Both the position numbers and the translations under genes were made by a program. A DNA stretch of 33,587 nt, taken from NCBI GenBank assembly GCA_046758705.1, contig JBHIAT010000019.1, positions 1-33,587 of the forward strand, written 5' to 3'. Shown here piece after piece: positions 8,401 to 17,332 of this stretch; position 1 is the stretch's first letter, and the number at the start of each line of letters is the position of its first letter. Origin of the DNA: Candidatus Bipolaricaulia bacterium (GTDB taxonomy: Bacteria; Bipolaricaulota; Bipolaricaulia; JBHIAT01). The notes under the pieces are model-generated. The model was not told the DNA's origin. It saw nothing but the letters and a program-made list of their open reading frames with translations, and ran no database searches.

Positions 8401-11400
8401 CGGCAGGCCCAGGAGGCCGTGCTGCGGGAAGCCTACCGCCGGGCTGGGGTCTCACCGGGCCAGGTCCAGTATATCGAGGCCCACGGTACGGGCACATTCC
8501 TGGGCGATCCGATCGAGGCAAAGGCCCTAGGAACGGTGCTCGCCATTGACCGCCCCCCAGGATGCGACTGCACCATAGGTTCGGTCAAAACCAACATCGG
8601 ACACCTGGAGGCAGCCGCTGGCATTGCTGGTCTGATCAAGGTCGCGCTGTCACTCAAACACCGAGCGATCCCGCCGAGCCTCCACTTCCAGAAGCCAAAT
8701 CCTCACATTCCTTTTAACGAGCTCCCCCTGCGCGTTCAGCAGATCTTGGCCCCGTGGCCCGAAGCGTCCAGCCCGGCCCTGGCCGGGGTGAGCTCTTTCG
8801 GTTTTGGTGGAACCAACACGCACATGGTTCTGGAGGAGGTCCCCCGAACCCCTGAGGTTCATCAACACGAACAAAAGCCTGCATCCGGGCGGACGCACCT
8901 GCTACCGCTGTCCGCGCGCAGCCCAGAGGCCCTCCAGTCCCTTGCTCGGGCTTACCAGGACCTTCTGACGGCCGAGGGATCCGGATTCGTTGCATCGTTG
9001 CAGGACGTCTGTTACACTGCCAGCTTGCGGCGAAGTCATCACGACCATCGCTTGGCCCTCGTGGCTCACTCTCAGGAGGAATTCATCGAGCACCTGGAGG
9101 CCTTTCTAAACGGAGAGTCTCGCCCTGGCATGTCTTCCGGTCGCAAAGTTCCCGGCCACCGGCGAAAGCTCGTCTTCGTGTTTTCTGGGCAAGGGTCTCA
9201 ATGGTATGGCATGGGGCGAGAGCTTTTAGAGCAGGAATCCGTCTTTCGGACGACTCTGGAGCACTGTGACCAGGTGATGCGTCAGTATGTGGATTGGTCT
9301 TTGCTGGAGGAACTCACCGCCGATGAAGCGCACTCTCGCTTGGACGAAATCGACGTCATCCAGCCCGCTCTGTTTGCGATCCAGGTGGCCCTGGTGGCCC
9401 TGTGGCGCTCCCGGGGCATCGAGCCCGATGCGGTGGTGGGTCACAGCATGGGAGAAGTGGCAGCGGCTCACGTAGCTGGGGCGTTGAGCCTGGAAGATGC
9501 GGTCAAGATCATTTGCCGTCGGAGCCAGCTGTTAAAGCGGACGAGCGGGCAAGGAAGTATGGCTGCCGTCGAGCTTTCCTTAGAGCAGGCTCAACGCGCT
9601 CTGGCCGGCTACGAGGATCGTGTGTCTATTGCTGTCAGCAACAGTCCTACGTCAACTGTGCTGTCAGGAGATCCAGCAACGCTGGAAGAGGTTCTGGATA
9701 CGTTACAGCGGCAAGAGATCTTCTGCCGTCTGGTGCAGGTGGACGTTGCCGCTCACAGCCCCCAAATCGATCCTCTAGGCGCTGATTTGTTACAAGCCTT
9801 GGAAGAATTACAGTCCCAGCCTGCATCCCTGCCAATCTACTCGACTGTGACAGGCGAAGCCAGCGACGGTCTGGAGTTCGATGCCACCTACTGGGTGCGG
9901 AATCTAAAAGAGCCAGTGCTCTTTTCAGCAGCGGTTCAACAATTGCTGGAAAGTGATCATGACATTTTTCTGGAAATCAGTCCTCATCCCATCCTGTTGA
10001 AAGCGATCCAGCAAGGGCTGCAGCATCTTGACCAGGAAGACATCGTGCTCCCTTCCCTGCGACGTGACGAAGAGGAGCGTGCCGTGATGCTGGGGTCGCT
10101 CGGTGCGCTCTACACCCTGGGACACCCGGTGGACTGGAGCCGGCTCTATCCATCCGGAGGCCGGTGTGTTCGACTCCCGCCCTATCCTTGGCAACGAGAG
10201 CGTTGCTGGATAGAGGGCCAAGGCCGAGTCCGGAGGCGATTCTTTGCCAAAGGTAGCGGAAGTCGCACATCGGGTCATCCGCTCTTGGGTCGGTGCTTGA
10301 GATCGGCCGTTCACTCGGGAACGTACTTCTGGGAGATGGATCTTGGTATTGATTCGTTCCCCTTCCTGGACGACCATCGCGTCCAGGGAGCGGTTGTGCT
10401 GCCAGTAACAGCCTATGTGGAGATGGTCCTGGCTGCTTCTGAGGAGATCTTCGGACCAGGGCCTCATGTTTTGGAGAAGGTGGCCTTCAAAAAGGCGCTC
10501 TTTCTCCCAGAGGATGACACTCAGACAGTCCAGTTGGTTATCTCTGCTGAAATGCCTGGAACGGCCTCGTTTCAGTTCTTCAGCTTCCAAGCAGGCAATG
10601 CAGAACAGCAGACATCATGGACGCTGCATGCGATCGGAACAATCCGTCTCGGTCAGGCAGATGCAGATCTGGAAGCATCACCGGTGGAGCATGCCTTACC
10701 CGAGGAGATCCAAGCTCGGTGCTTGGAGGTCATCTCAGGCGCAGAGCACTATCAGGCCATGCAGGAGCGCGGGTTTGGTCTCAGCTTCCAGGGTGTGGAG
10801 CAGATTTGGCGTCAGGATGGAGAAGCCATCGGCCGGCTGCGTCTTTCGGAAACGGTAAAGTCGGAAGCAGGTGCCTATCAGATTCATCCCGCTCTCCTGG
10901 ACGCCTGTTTGCACGTCTTGGCGGCCACCTTGCCCCGGGAAGACTCCCAAATCGCTGAAGGGGACACCTACCTGCCCGTGGATCTAGATAGCCTGCGGGT
11001 TTACGATCGTCCTCGCTCCGACATGGGGCTGTGGAGCCACGCGCTTCTCCGGCCGGGTGTAGAGGCAAACGCGAACACACTTGAGGGAGACGTGTTCCTG
11101 CTGGATGACAATGGGCAGTTGGTGCTAAAGATACTGGGTCTGAGCTTCCAGCGCCTCGACCGTGATACGCAACGAGCCATGCGGAAGGATATGAGCGACT
11201 GGCTCTATGAGATCCAGTGGGAACCCAAGACACGCCCGAAGCGGAACCACGCCTTGGACTCCCCTCCATCAGACCAACGAGGCCGTTGGCTCATTTTCAC
11301 CGACAGCCATGGCGTTGGACGGACGCTGAGGTCGCTGCTGGAAGCGCGCGGCGAGAGCTGTATCTTGGTCTCTCCGGGCGAAGCCTGTGAACACGTAGAT

Positions 11401-13191
11401 AGAGGGTGCTTCCGGATCCGCCCGGAGCAACCGGAAGACATGCGGCAGCTCCTCGAGGTTGTCTTGGGGTCGGATCAGCCTGCCTGCCGCGGAGTTGTAC
11501 ACCTCTGGAGCCTCGATGCTCCTCCTCCGGAACAGACCTCAGTGGCTTCTCTAGAGACAGCACAGACCCTAGGTTGCGGCAGCGTCCTGCACTTGATCCA
11601 GGAGCTGGCTCGAACGGAATGGCGCAAGTCGTCTCGCTTGTGGCTGGTCACGCGAGGGACCCAGCCGGTGGAGGAGGAACCTGTTTCCCTAGGGGTGGCT
11701 CAGACACCCCTTTGGGGATTCGGTCGCACCATTGCCCAAGAACATCCCGCCCTCTGGGGAGGATTGGTGGATTTGGACCCTGAAGCCCCTGTACGTGATG
11801 CGGCTGCCCTGTTATTGGAGGAAATTTGGAGTCCGGACGGAGAGGATCAGCTCGCTTTCCGTCAAGGGCAACGGTATGTTGCCCGCTTGGTGCGCAAGCG
11901 CCAATCCGCCGGGCAGACGCTTCCTCCCCGGTGGCGGCCTGATAGCAGCTATCTGATCACCGGAGGATTAGGAGATCTCGGCCGCCAAGTTGCCCGCTGG
12001 ATGGTGGAACAAGGGGCTCGGCGGCTGATTCTCTTGGGACGCACAAAACTTCCGCCGCGTTCCAGTTGGAACCAGGTAGAAAAAGGAAGTCGCCTGGCCC
12101 ATCAAATCGCTACCATTCGTGAACTGGAGACCCTGGGCGCCAGTGTACATCTCGCCTCAGTCGATGTAGCGGATGAGGTACAGCTGATCTCTTTCCTGGA
12201 AGCGTTTCACCGTGAGGGTTGGCCACCGATCCGTGGCGTGATGCACTTAGCGGGAGTGGCACAGGGCAAAACGCTGCTGAAGCTTGATATCACCTCACTG
12301 AACGCGGTTTTGCGGCCCAAGGTGGTGGGAGGCTGGCTTCTATACCGCTTCCTTGGAGATGATTCCCTGGATTTCTTCGTTCTTTTCTCTTCAGCTGCTT
12401 CCCTGTTAGGCGTGCTTGGCCAGGGAGCGGCAAACTATGCCGCTGCAAACGCGTTCCTGGACGGTCTGGTCCATCACCGACAGGCTCAGGGACGACCGGC
12501 CCTGAGTATCAATTGGGGTCCCTGGGCTGAGGTAGGTATGGTGGCCCGACATGAACAGGCTGGGCGTCTTGCACTCCGAGGAATAGAAAGTATCATGCCC
12601 GACCAAGGACTGAAAGCACTAGGACGAATGCTCGGAGAAGGATCGACCCAGATTGCAATTATGCCTGTCAACTGGCCGCAGTTGTGCCATTCTTTCCCAG
12701 TGGCCAGTAAATCACCTCTGCTTTCCCATCTGGTCAGTGAAGAAGTTGATTCCTTCAATTCGAGAGAAAGACCAAGCCTGACCCGAGACGTCCTTCTGGA
12801 TGCGGAACCAGGAGAACGTCAGCAACTGCTGCAGCCCTATCTTCGTGACCAAGTGGCCAGGGTGCTGGGACTGTCTGCGTCCAAGCTGGACGTACAGCAG
12901 CCCCTCAACAACCTGGGTCTCGACTCCTTGATGGCCGTCGAGCTGAAGAACCGGATCGAGATCGACTTAGGGGTGGTCGTGCCCGTGGTGAACTTCCTCC
13001 AGGGATTTAGCATCGTTCAGTTCACAAAGCAGATGCTCGATCAACTGACTGCAGTGGCCTCCACTCCATCGGCGCCTCTCGTAGGCCGAGGAGATGCAGA
13101 ACAGCTGTTGGCACAACTTGATCAACTTTCGGATGAGGAAGTGGATTCATTGCTGAGCGATGTGTTAGCTGAAGAGGAGGTTGATGAATGA
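5434..13191 (+). CDS. Fatty acyl-AMP ligase / type I PKS: FAAL-ACP-KS-AT-DH-KR-ACP
   Basis: FAAL FLQYTSGST, WLPIYHDMGLIG, PKTSSGKIQR; ACP GLDS; KS DTACSSS, HGTGT, NIGHLE; AT GHSMG, VAAHS; DH HRVQGAVVLP, HPALLD; KR TGGLGDLG, YAAAN; ACP LGLDSLMA; acidic docking tail LSDEEVDSLL. Confidence 0.97.
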   Translation: MMTIFSNRSESTFELSTLVDLLRWRALHQPDQQAYTFLVDGETEEVSLTYGELDRQARAIGAWLQSLEITGERVLLLCPPGLEYIAAFFGCLYAGVVAVPTYPSGLNRLMPRLQAIVADAQARVVLTTTAILSSVKRRFAHAPDLETLRWLAIDNVPAGVEADWQEPAVTRDTLVFLQYTSGSTSMPKGGMVSYGNMMHNLALIRHGFKINPDNPEDVGVFWLPIYHDMGLIGGILEPMYIGRPAILMSPLSFVQRPVRWLQAIARYKGTISGAPNFAYELCVDNITPEQRATLDLSSWDVAFCGAEPIRLETLDRFAATFEPCGFRREAFYPCYGLAEATVMASGGLGPALPVVRTVQRAALEINRVVEASERDEGTQTLVGCGQALLDQKILIVHPEKLTPCLPDQVGEIWVSSPSVAQGYWNRPEEMERTFNAYLSDTGEGPFLRTGDLGFVYDGELFVTGRLKDLIIIRGHNHYPQDIELTVERSHPALRPGCGAAFSVGAAGEERLVIVQEVERHDRNPDIDKVVGVIRQAVAEDHELQVYAVVLIKYGSIPKTSSGKIQRHACRAGFLEGSLNVVGAWRAAVAPRSVSDAQDATVAEASSREPADVPRRSAADIEAWLVSQISGRLGMDPDDIDIHQPFTHYGLDSKHAVRLAGELGAWLGRQLSPTLAYEYPTIEALAQYLAEDPDPTVSASTPEDRVDGGTEKEPIAIIGIGCRFPGANGPDAFWQLLQDGMDAITEVPADRWDIDAFYDPTPDALGKMNTRWGSFLEQVDQFDPHFFGISPREAARIDPQQRILLEVAWEALEDGGQVPDRLAGTRTGVFIGISTNDYGRIQLSDPDLIDAYAGTGNALSIAANRLSYLFDLQGPSAAVDTACSSSLVAVHLACCSLWNGESTLALAGGVNLILSPAITINFTKAGVMAPDGRCKAFDARANGYVRGEGAGLIVLKPLSRALADDDPIYAVIRGSAVNQDGRTNGLMAPSRQAQEAVLREAYRRAGVSPGQVQYIEAHGTGTFLGDPIEAKALGTVLAIDRPPGCDCTIGSVKTNIGHLEAAAGIAGLIKVALSLKHRAIPPSLHFQKPNPHIPFNELPLRVQQILAPWPEASSPALAGVSSFGFGGTNTHMVLEEVPRTPEVHQHEQKPASGRTHLLPLSARSPEALQSLARAYQDLLTAEGSGFVASLQDVCYTASLRRSHHDHRLALVAHSQEEFIEHLEAFLNGESRPGMSSGRKVPGHRRKLVFVFSGQGSQWYGMGRELLEQESVFRTTLEHCDQVMRQYVDWSLLEELTADEAHSRLDEIDVIQPALFAIQVALVALWRSRGIEPDAVVGHSMGEVAAAHVAGALSLEDAVKIICRRSQLLKRTSGQGSMAAVELSLEQAQRALAGYEDRVSIAVSNSPTSTVLSGDPATLEEVLDTLQRQEIFCRLVQVDVAAHSPQIDPLGADLLQALEELQSQPASLPIYSTVTGEASDGLEFDATYWVRNLKEPVLFSAAVQQLLESDHDIFLEISPHPILLKAIQQGLQHLDQEDIVLPSLRRDEEERAVMLGSLGALYTLGHPVDWSRLYPSGGRCVRLPPYPWQRERCWIEGQGRVRRRFFAKGSGSRTSGHPLLGRCLRSAVHSGTYFWEMDLGIDSFPFLDDHRVQGAVVLPVTAYVEMVLAASEEIFGPGPHVLEKVAFKKALFLPEDDTQTVQLVISAEMPGTASFQFFSFQAGNAEQQTSWTLHAIGTIRLGQADADLEASPVEHALPEEIQARCLEVISGAEHYQAMQERGFGLSFQGVEQIWRQDGEAIGRLRLSETVKSEAGAYQIHPALLDACLHVLAATLPREDSQIAEGDTYLPVDLDSLRVYDRPRSDMGLWSHALLRPGVEANANTLEGDVFLLDDNGQLVLKILGLSFQRLDRDTQRAMRKDMSDWLYEIQWEPKTRPKRNHALDSPPSDQRGRWLIFTDSHGVGRTLRSLLEARGESCILVSPGEACEHVDRGCFRIRPEQPEDMRQLLEVVLGSDQPACRGVVHLWSLDAPPPEQTSVASLETAQTLGCGSVLHLIQELARTEWRKSSRLWLVTRGTQPVEEEPVSLGVAQTPLWGFGRTIAQEHPALWGGLVDLDPEAPVRDAAALLLEEIWSPDGEDQLAFRQGQRYVARLVRKRQSAGQTLPPRWRPDSSYLITGGLGDLGRQVARWMVEQGARRLILLGRTKLPPRSSWNQVEKGSRLAHQIATIRELETLGASVHLASVDVADEVQLISFLEAFHREGWPPIRGVMHLAGVAQGKTLLKLDITSLNAVLRPKVVGGWLLYRFLGDDSLDFFVLFSSAASLLGVLGQGAANYAAANAFLDGLVHHRQAQGRPALSINWGPWAEVGMVARHEQAGRLALRGIESIMPDQGLKALGRMLGEGSTQIAIMPVNWPQLCHSFPVASKSPLLSHLVSEEVDSFNSRERPSLTRDVLLDAEPGERQQLLQPYLRDQVARVLGLSASKLDVQQPLNNLGLDSLMAVELKNRIEIDLGVVVPVVNFLQGFSIVQFTKQMLDQLTAVASTPSAPLVGRGDAEQLLAQLDQLSDEEVDSLLSDVLAEEEVDE

Positions 13192-16100
13192 GTCATACTT
13201 CTAACCGTATCGATGATCTTTCGCCGGAGGAAAAGCGTGCGCTTCTTGCACAGCTACTTCGGGAAAAGGCGAGCGAGTCCAAATCTTTGTACCCTCTCTC
13301 CCACGGGCAGCGGGCCTTGTGGTTCCTACACCAGCTCACACCAGAGAGCGCGGCTTACAACGTCAGTTTTGCGGCACGCATCCGCTCTGATCTAGACATT
13401 CCGGCCTTGCGACGTGCGTTTCAGACCTTGGTCGATCGACATGCCTCTCTACGGACGACCTTCACCGCCCCCCACGGGGAACCTGTTCAGCGAGTCCACA
13501 AGCACGTCGAGGTCTGCTTTCACCAGGAAGATGCTTCGACCTGGAGCGAGACGTTCCTGAACGACCGTCTGGTCGAGGAGGCGCATCATCCCTTTGATCT
13601 GGAACGAGGTCCCCTGCTGCGGGTGAAACTGTTCACTCGATCGGCAAACGACCACATCCTTTTGCTGATGGTACACCACATCGCGATCGATTTCTGGTCT
13701 CTTATGGTGCTCACGAACGAGCTCGTTATGCTGTACCTCGCGGAGAAGGCCGGCACACAGGCGTCTCTACCGCCTGTTGAACTACAATACACGGATTACG
13801 TTCGTTGGCAGGCCGAAATACTCGCGGGCCCGGAAGGTGAGTGGCTCTGGACCTACTGGCAGAGACAGCTGGCCGGTGAGTTGCCCGTGCTGCACCTTCC
13901 GACCGATCGGCCGCGGCCGCCGTTCCAGACTGATCGCGGCACCTCACACGTATTCAATCTGGATGCGAAACTGGTCCGACAGCTCAAGAGACTGGCAAAG
14001 GCTAACGGGGCTACCCTTTACATGCTCCTTCTGGCAGTCTTCCAGGTGTTGCTTCATCGATATAGCGGTCAAGAAGACCTTCTGGTGGGTTCCCTCACGA
14101 TCGGTAGGAGCCAGGCCCGTTTCGCTAACCTGGTGGGCTACTTTGCCGAGCCCATTGTCCTGAGAGCCAACCTCGCCGGAAACCCTACCTTCATCGAGTT
14201 TCTGGCACAAGTGCACCAAACGGTGCTGGATGCTCTGGCCCACCAGGATTATCCGTTCGCCTTATTGGTCGAACGACTCCAGCCGCCCCGGAATCCCAGC
14301 CACTCACCGCTGTTTCAGGTCATGTTTAACATGCCGAATGCACACCGCCTTGAGGAACAGGTGGCATCACAGTCCATGTTGGGGCTGAGTGAAACGGGGG
14401 TTCGGATAGATCTGGGAGAGCTCGAGCTGGAACTCCTCAACGTGGAGCAGCGGGTGGCGTTGCTCGATTTGCTGCTGGCGATGGTCGAGTTGGGTGAATC
14501 ACTCTACGCCTCGTTGCAATACAACACAGACCTGTTTGATGCAGCCACCATCGTCCGGATGGTGGGACATTTCCAGGCCTTGCTGGAGGGTATCGTTGCC
14601 AATCCCGAGCAGCAACTCACGGACTTGCCGCTGTTGACCGAAGCCGAACGGCATCAGCTGCTCGTCGAGTGGAATAACACCCCGACAGACTATCCCCAAG
14701 ATTCGTGTATTCATCAGCTCTTTGAGGCCCAGGTGGAGCAGACGCCAGACGCTGCTGTTGCGGCGGTCTTCGAAGACAAGCAGCTGAGCTACCAGCAGCT
14801 GAACCGGCGGGCCAACCGTTTGGCCAGGCTCCTCGTGGAGCAAGGCGTCGGTCCGGATGTCGTCGTGGCGTTGCTCGCCGAGCGCGGTATCGACTTGCTA
14901 ACCGCGATGATGGCGGTTTTCAAGGCCGGTGGAGCTTACCTCCCTCTCGATCCACGCGATCCAGCCAAACGACTCTCCCAGGTGCTGGACCAGAGTGGGA
15001 CTCCTCTGGTTCTCGCCGCGAGCGAGTTCGTGCCTGCTCTCTCGCAAGCGCTAGCGAGCATGCCTTTAGGAAAACGACCACGGGTCTTAAACATCAAGGA
15101 ACTCCTACAGCAAGAGCAGGCTGCAGAAAACCTGCCTCTTCGCTGTACGCCGAGTCATCTTGCTTACGTGATCTACACCTCTGGCTCGACAGGAGTACCG
15201 AAGGGAGCGATGGTCGAGCATAGGGGGATGCTCAATCATTTGTATGCAAAGATCTTAGATCTGAAGCTGACGGATGCAGATATTGTTGCCCAAACCGCTT
15301 CCCAGTGTTTTGACATCTCGATGTGGCAGTTTTTAGCGGCTCTGCTTGTCGGTGGACGTGTTCACATCTTCAACGATGAGGTCGCCCATGATCCCTCACA
15401 ACTGCTTGAGCAGGTCGAGCGCGAAGGGATTTCGATTCTTGAAACCGTGCCGTCACTGCTGCGGGCGATGTTTGATGAGGTAGTGCTTCACGAACCTGCC
15501 CGCCTCGATCTGTCGGGGCTGCGCTGGTTGATCCTTACCGGCGAAGCGTTACCACCGGAGCTGTGTCGCCAGTGGCTAAGCTGCTACCCGAATGTACCCC
15601 TGTTGAATGCGTATGGCCCTACCGAGTGCTCCGATGATGTAACCCACTACCCCATCTACCGGCCTCCGGCAGCAGATGTTATTCATATGCCGATTGGCCA
15701 TCCCATAGCCAATATGCGGCTATACGTGCTGGACCGCCAGTTACAGCCTGTGCCAATTGGGGTTGCCGGAGAACTGTGCGTTAGTGGTATCGGCGTTGGT
15801 CGCGGCTATCTGAACGATGCGAAACGAACAGCCGAGGTCTTTGTCCTGGATCCATTTGCTCAGGAACCAGGGGGACGCCTCTACAAAACCGGCGACCTGG
15901 CCCGCTACCTGCCGGATGGCAACATCGAATTCCTGGGCCGCATCGACCACCAGGTGAAGATTCGGGGTTTTCGCGTCGAGCTGGGGGAGATTGAGTCGAT
16001 CCTGAGCCAATACCCAGCTGTACAGGAGACCGTGGTCGTGGCCCGGGAGGACGTACCCAGCGACACGCGGCTGGTGGCCTATGTAGTCCCTAACCAGGAG

Positions 16101-16550
16101 CAGGCCCCCACGATTAGTGAACTGCGTAGTTTCGTTCATGAGAAGCTGCCTGACTACATGCTGCCCTCTGCCTTCGTGCTTCTGGACGCCCTGCCACTGA
16201 CCCCCCATGGCAAGGTAGACCGCCGTGCGCTTCCCGCGCCCGATCGGGCCAGGCCCGAGTTGGAAAGAACCTTTGTCGCTCCTCGTACCCCCGTCGAGGA
16301 GGTACTAGCAGGAATCTGGGCCGAACTGCTTGGTTTTGAGCGGGTCGGCGTTTGCGATAATTTCTTCGACCTCGGTGGCCATTCCCTTGCAGCAATCAAG
16401 CTCATCTCCCGTGTGTGCGAAGCGTTCCAGGTGAAGCTGCCCCTGCGCGGCTTCTTTGAGACACCCACCGTGACCGGGCTCGCCCAGGTCATCGACGTTG
16501 TCCGTCGGACGGGCCCCTCCGATCCCCGAAATCACGGATCTCAACACTGA
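13188..16550 (+). CDS. Single-module NRPS, C-A-T
   Basis: N-terminal docking DDLSPEEKRALLAQLL; C motif HHIAIDFWS; A motifs YTSGSTGVPKG, NAYGPTE, YKTGDL; T motif LGGHSLA; ATGA overlap with the PKS. Confidence 0.97.
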   Translation: MSHTSNRIDDLSPEEKRALLAQLLREKASESKSLYPLSHGQRALWFLHQLTPESAAYNVSFAARIRSDLDIPALRRAFQTLVDRHASLRTTFTAPHGEPVQRVHKHVEVCFHQEDASTWSETFLNDRLVEEAHHPFDLERGPLLRVKLFTRSANDHILLLMVHHIAIDFWSLMVLTNELVMLYLAEKAGTQASLPPVELQYTDYVRWQAEILAGPEGEWLWTYWQRQLAGELPVLHLPTDRPRPPFQTDRGTSHVFNLDAKLVRQLKRLAKANGATLYMLLLAVFQVLLHRYSGQEDLLVGSLTIGRSQARFANLVGYFAEPIVLRANLAGNPTFIEFLAQVHQTVLDALAHQDYPFALLVERLQPPRNPSHSPLFQVMFNMPNAHRLEEQVASQSMLGLSETGVRIDLGELELELLNVEQRVALLDLLLAMVELGESLYASLQYNTDLFDAATIVRMVGHFQALLEGIVANPEQQLTDLPLLTEAERHQLLVEWNNTPTDYPQDSCIHQLFEAQVEQTPDAAVAAVFEDKQLSYQQLNRRANRLARLLVEQGVGPDVVVALLAERGIDLLTAMMAVFKAGGAYLPLDPRDPAKRLSQVLDQSGTPLVLAASEFVPALSQALASMPLGKRPRVLNIKELLQQEQAAENLPLRCTPSHLAYVIYTSGSTGVPKGAMVEHRGMLNHLYAKILDLKLTDADIVAQTASQCFDISMWQFLAALLVGGRVHIFNDEVAHDPSQLLEQVEREGISILETVPSLLRAMFDEVVLHEPARLDLSGLRWLILTGEALPPELCRQWLSCYPNVPLLNAYGPTECSDDVTHYPIYRPPAADVIHMPIGHPIANMRLYVLDRQLQPVPIGVAGELCVSGIGVGRGYLNDAKRTAEVFVLDPFAQEPGGRLYKTGDLARYLPDGNIEFLGRIDHQVKIRGFRVELGEIESILSQYPAVQETVVVAREDVPSDTRLVAYVVPNQEQAPTISELRSFVHEKLPDYMLPSAFVLLDALPLTPHGKVDRRALPAPDRARPELERTFVAPRTPVEEVLAGIWAELLGFERVGVCDNFFDLGGHSLAAIKLISRVCEAFQVKLPLRGFFETPTVTGLAQVIDVVRRTGPSDPRNHGSQH

Positions 16551-17332
16551 TGATGACCACGCCGACCCTCCACTCGTGGATTACATATCCGAAGCTGAAT
16601 ACACAGGCGAGCCTGCGTCTGTTCTGCTTCCCGTACGCCGGGGGCGGTGCCTCAATCTTTCACACATGGTCGGACGACTTGCCATCGGATATAGAGGTCT
16701 GCCCCGTCCAACTCCCCGGTCGGGAAAACCGGCTGATGGAACCGCCGGTTACCCGACTCTCGTCCCTGGTTCAGACGCTAGCCCAAGCCCTCCATCCGTA
16801 TCTGAACATCCCGTTCGCTTTTTTCGGCCACAGTATGGGTGCGCTGATAAGCTTCGAACTCGCCCGTCAACTCCGCAGACGGAATGATCTCAGCCCGGTT
16901 CACCTGTTCGTTTCCGGTCATCATGCCCCCCAGATACCGAATCCAAATTCGCCCATCCATCGACTGCCCGAATCCACGTTCGTAAAGGCATTGCGTCGTC
17001 TCGATGGCACACCGGAGTCGGTTCTTCAAAACACTGAGCTGATGGAGCTTTTATTGCCTGTCCTGCGAGCAGATTTTGCGATTTGCGAGACGTATGTCTA
17101 TTCAACCGAGGATCCACTCGATTGTCCTATCTCCGCTTTCGGAGGCCTGCAGGACCGTGAGGTAAGCTATGACGATCTCGCAGCTTGGTGTGACCAAACT
17201 CATCGCTCGTTCGCGATTCGAACCTTTCCCGGCAACCATTTCTTCCTGCAGAGCGCCCGAGTGCCTGTTTTGCGGGCTATATCCCAAGATCTGACGCGGT
17301 TTCTGAGAATAACCGGAGGTCAACACTCATGA
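16550..17332 (+). CDS. Type II thioesterase (GrsT-like)
   Basis: LFCFPYAGGGAS, QLPGRENR, GHSMG nucleophile, LRADF, PGNHFF. Confidence 0.95.
   Translation: MMTTPTLHSWITYPKLNTQASLRLFCFPYAGGGASIFHTWSDDLPSDIEVCPVQLPGRENRLMEPPVTRLSSLVQTLAQALHPYLNIPFAFFGHSMGALISFELARQLRRRNDLSPVHLFVSGHHAPQIPNPNSPIHRLPESTFVKALRRLDGTPESVLQNTELMELLLPVLRADFAICETYVYSTEDPLDCPISAFGGLQDREVSYDDLAAWCDQTHRSFAIRTFPGNHFFLQSARVPVLRAISQDLTRFLRITGGQHS

Noticed and set aside
5434-16550. Pyoverdine PvdL assignment from FAAL plus Dab module
   Set aside because: PvdL has no PKS module and has Glu and Tyr modules; no siderophore transport or tailoring genes are in the window.
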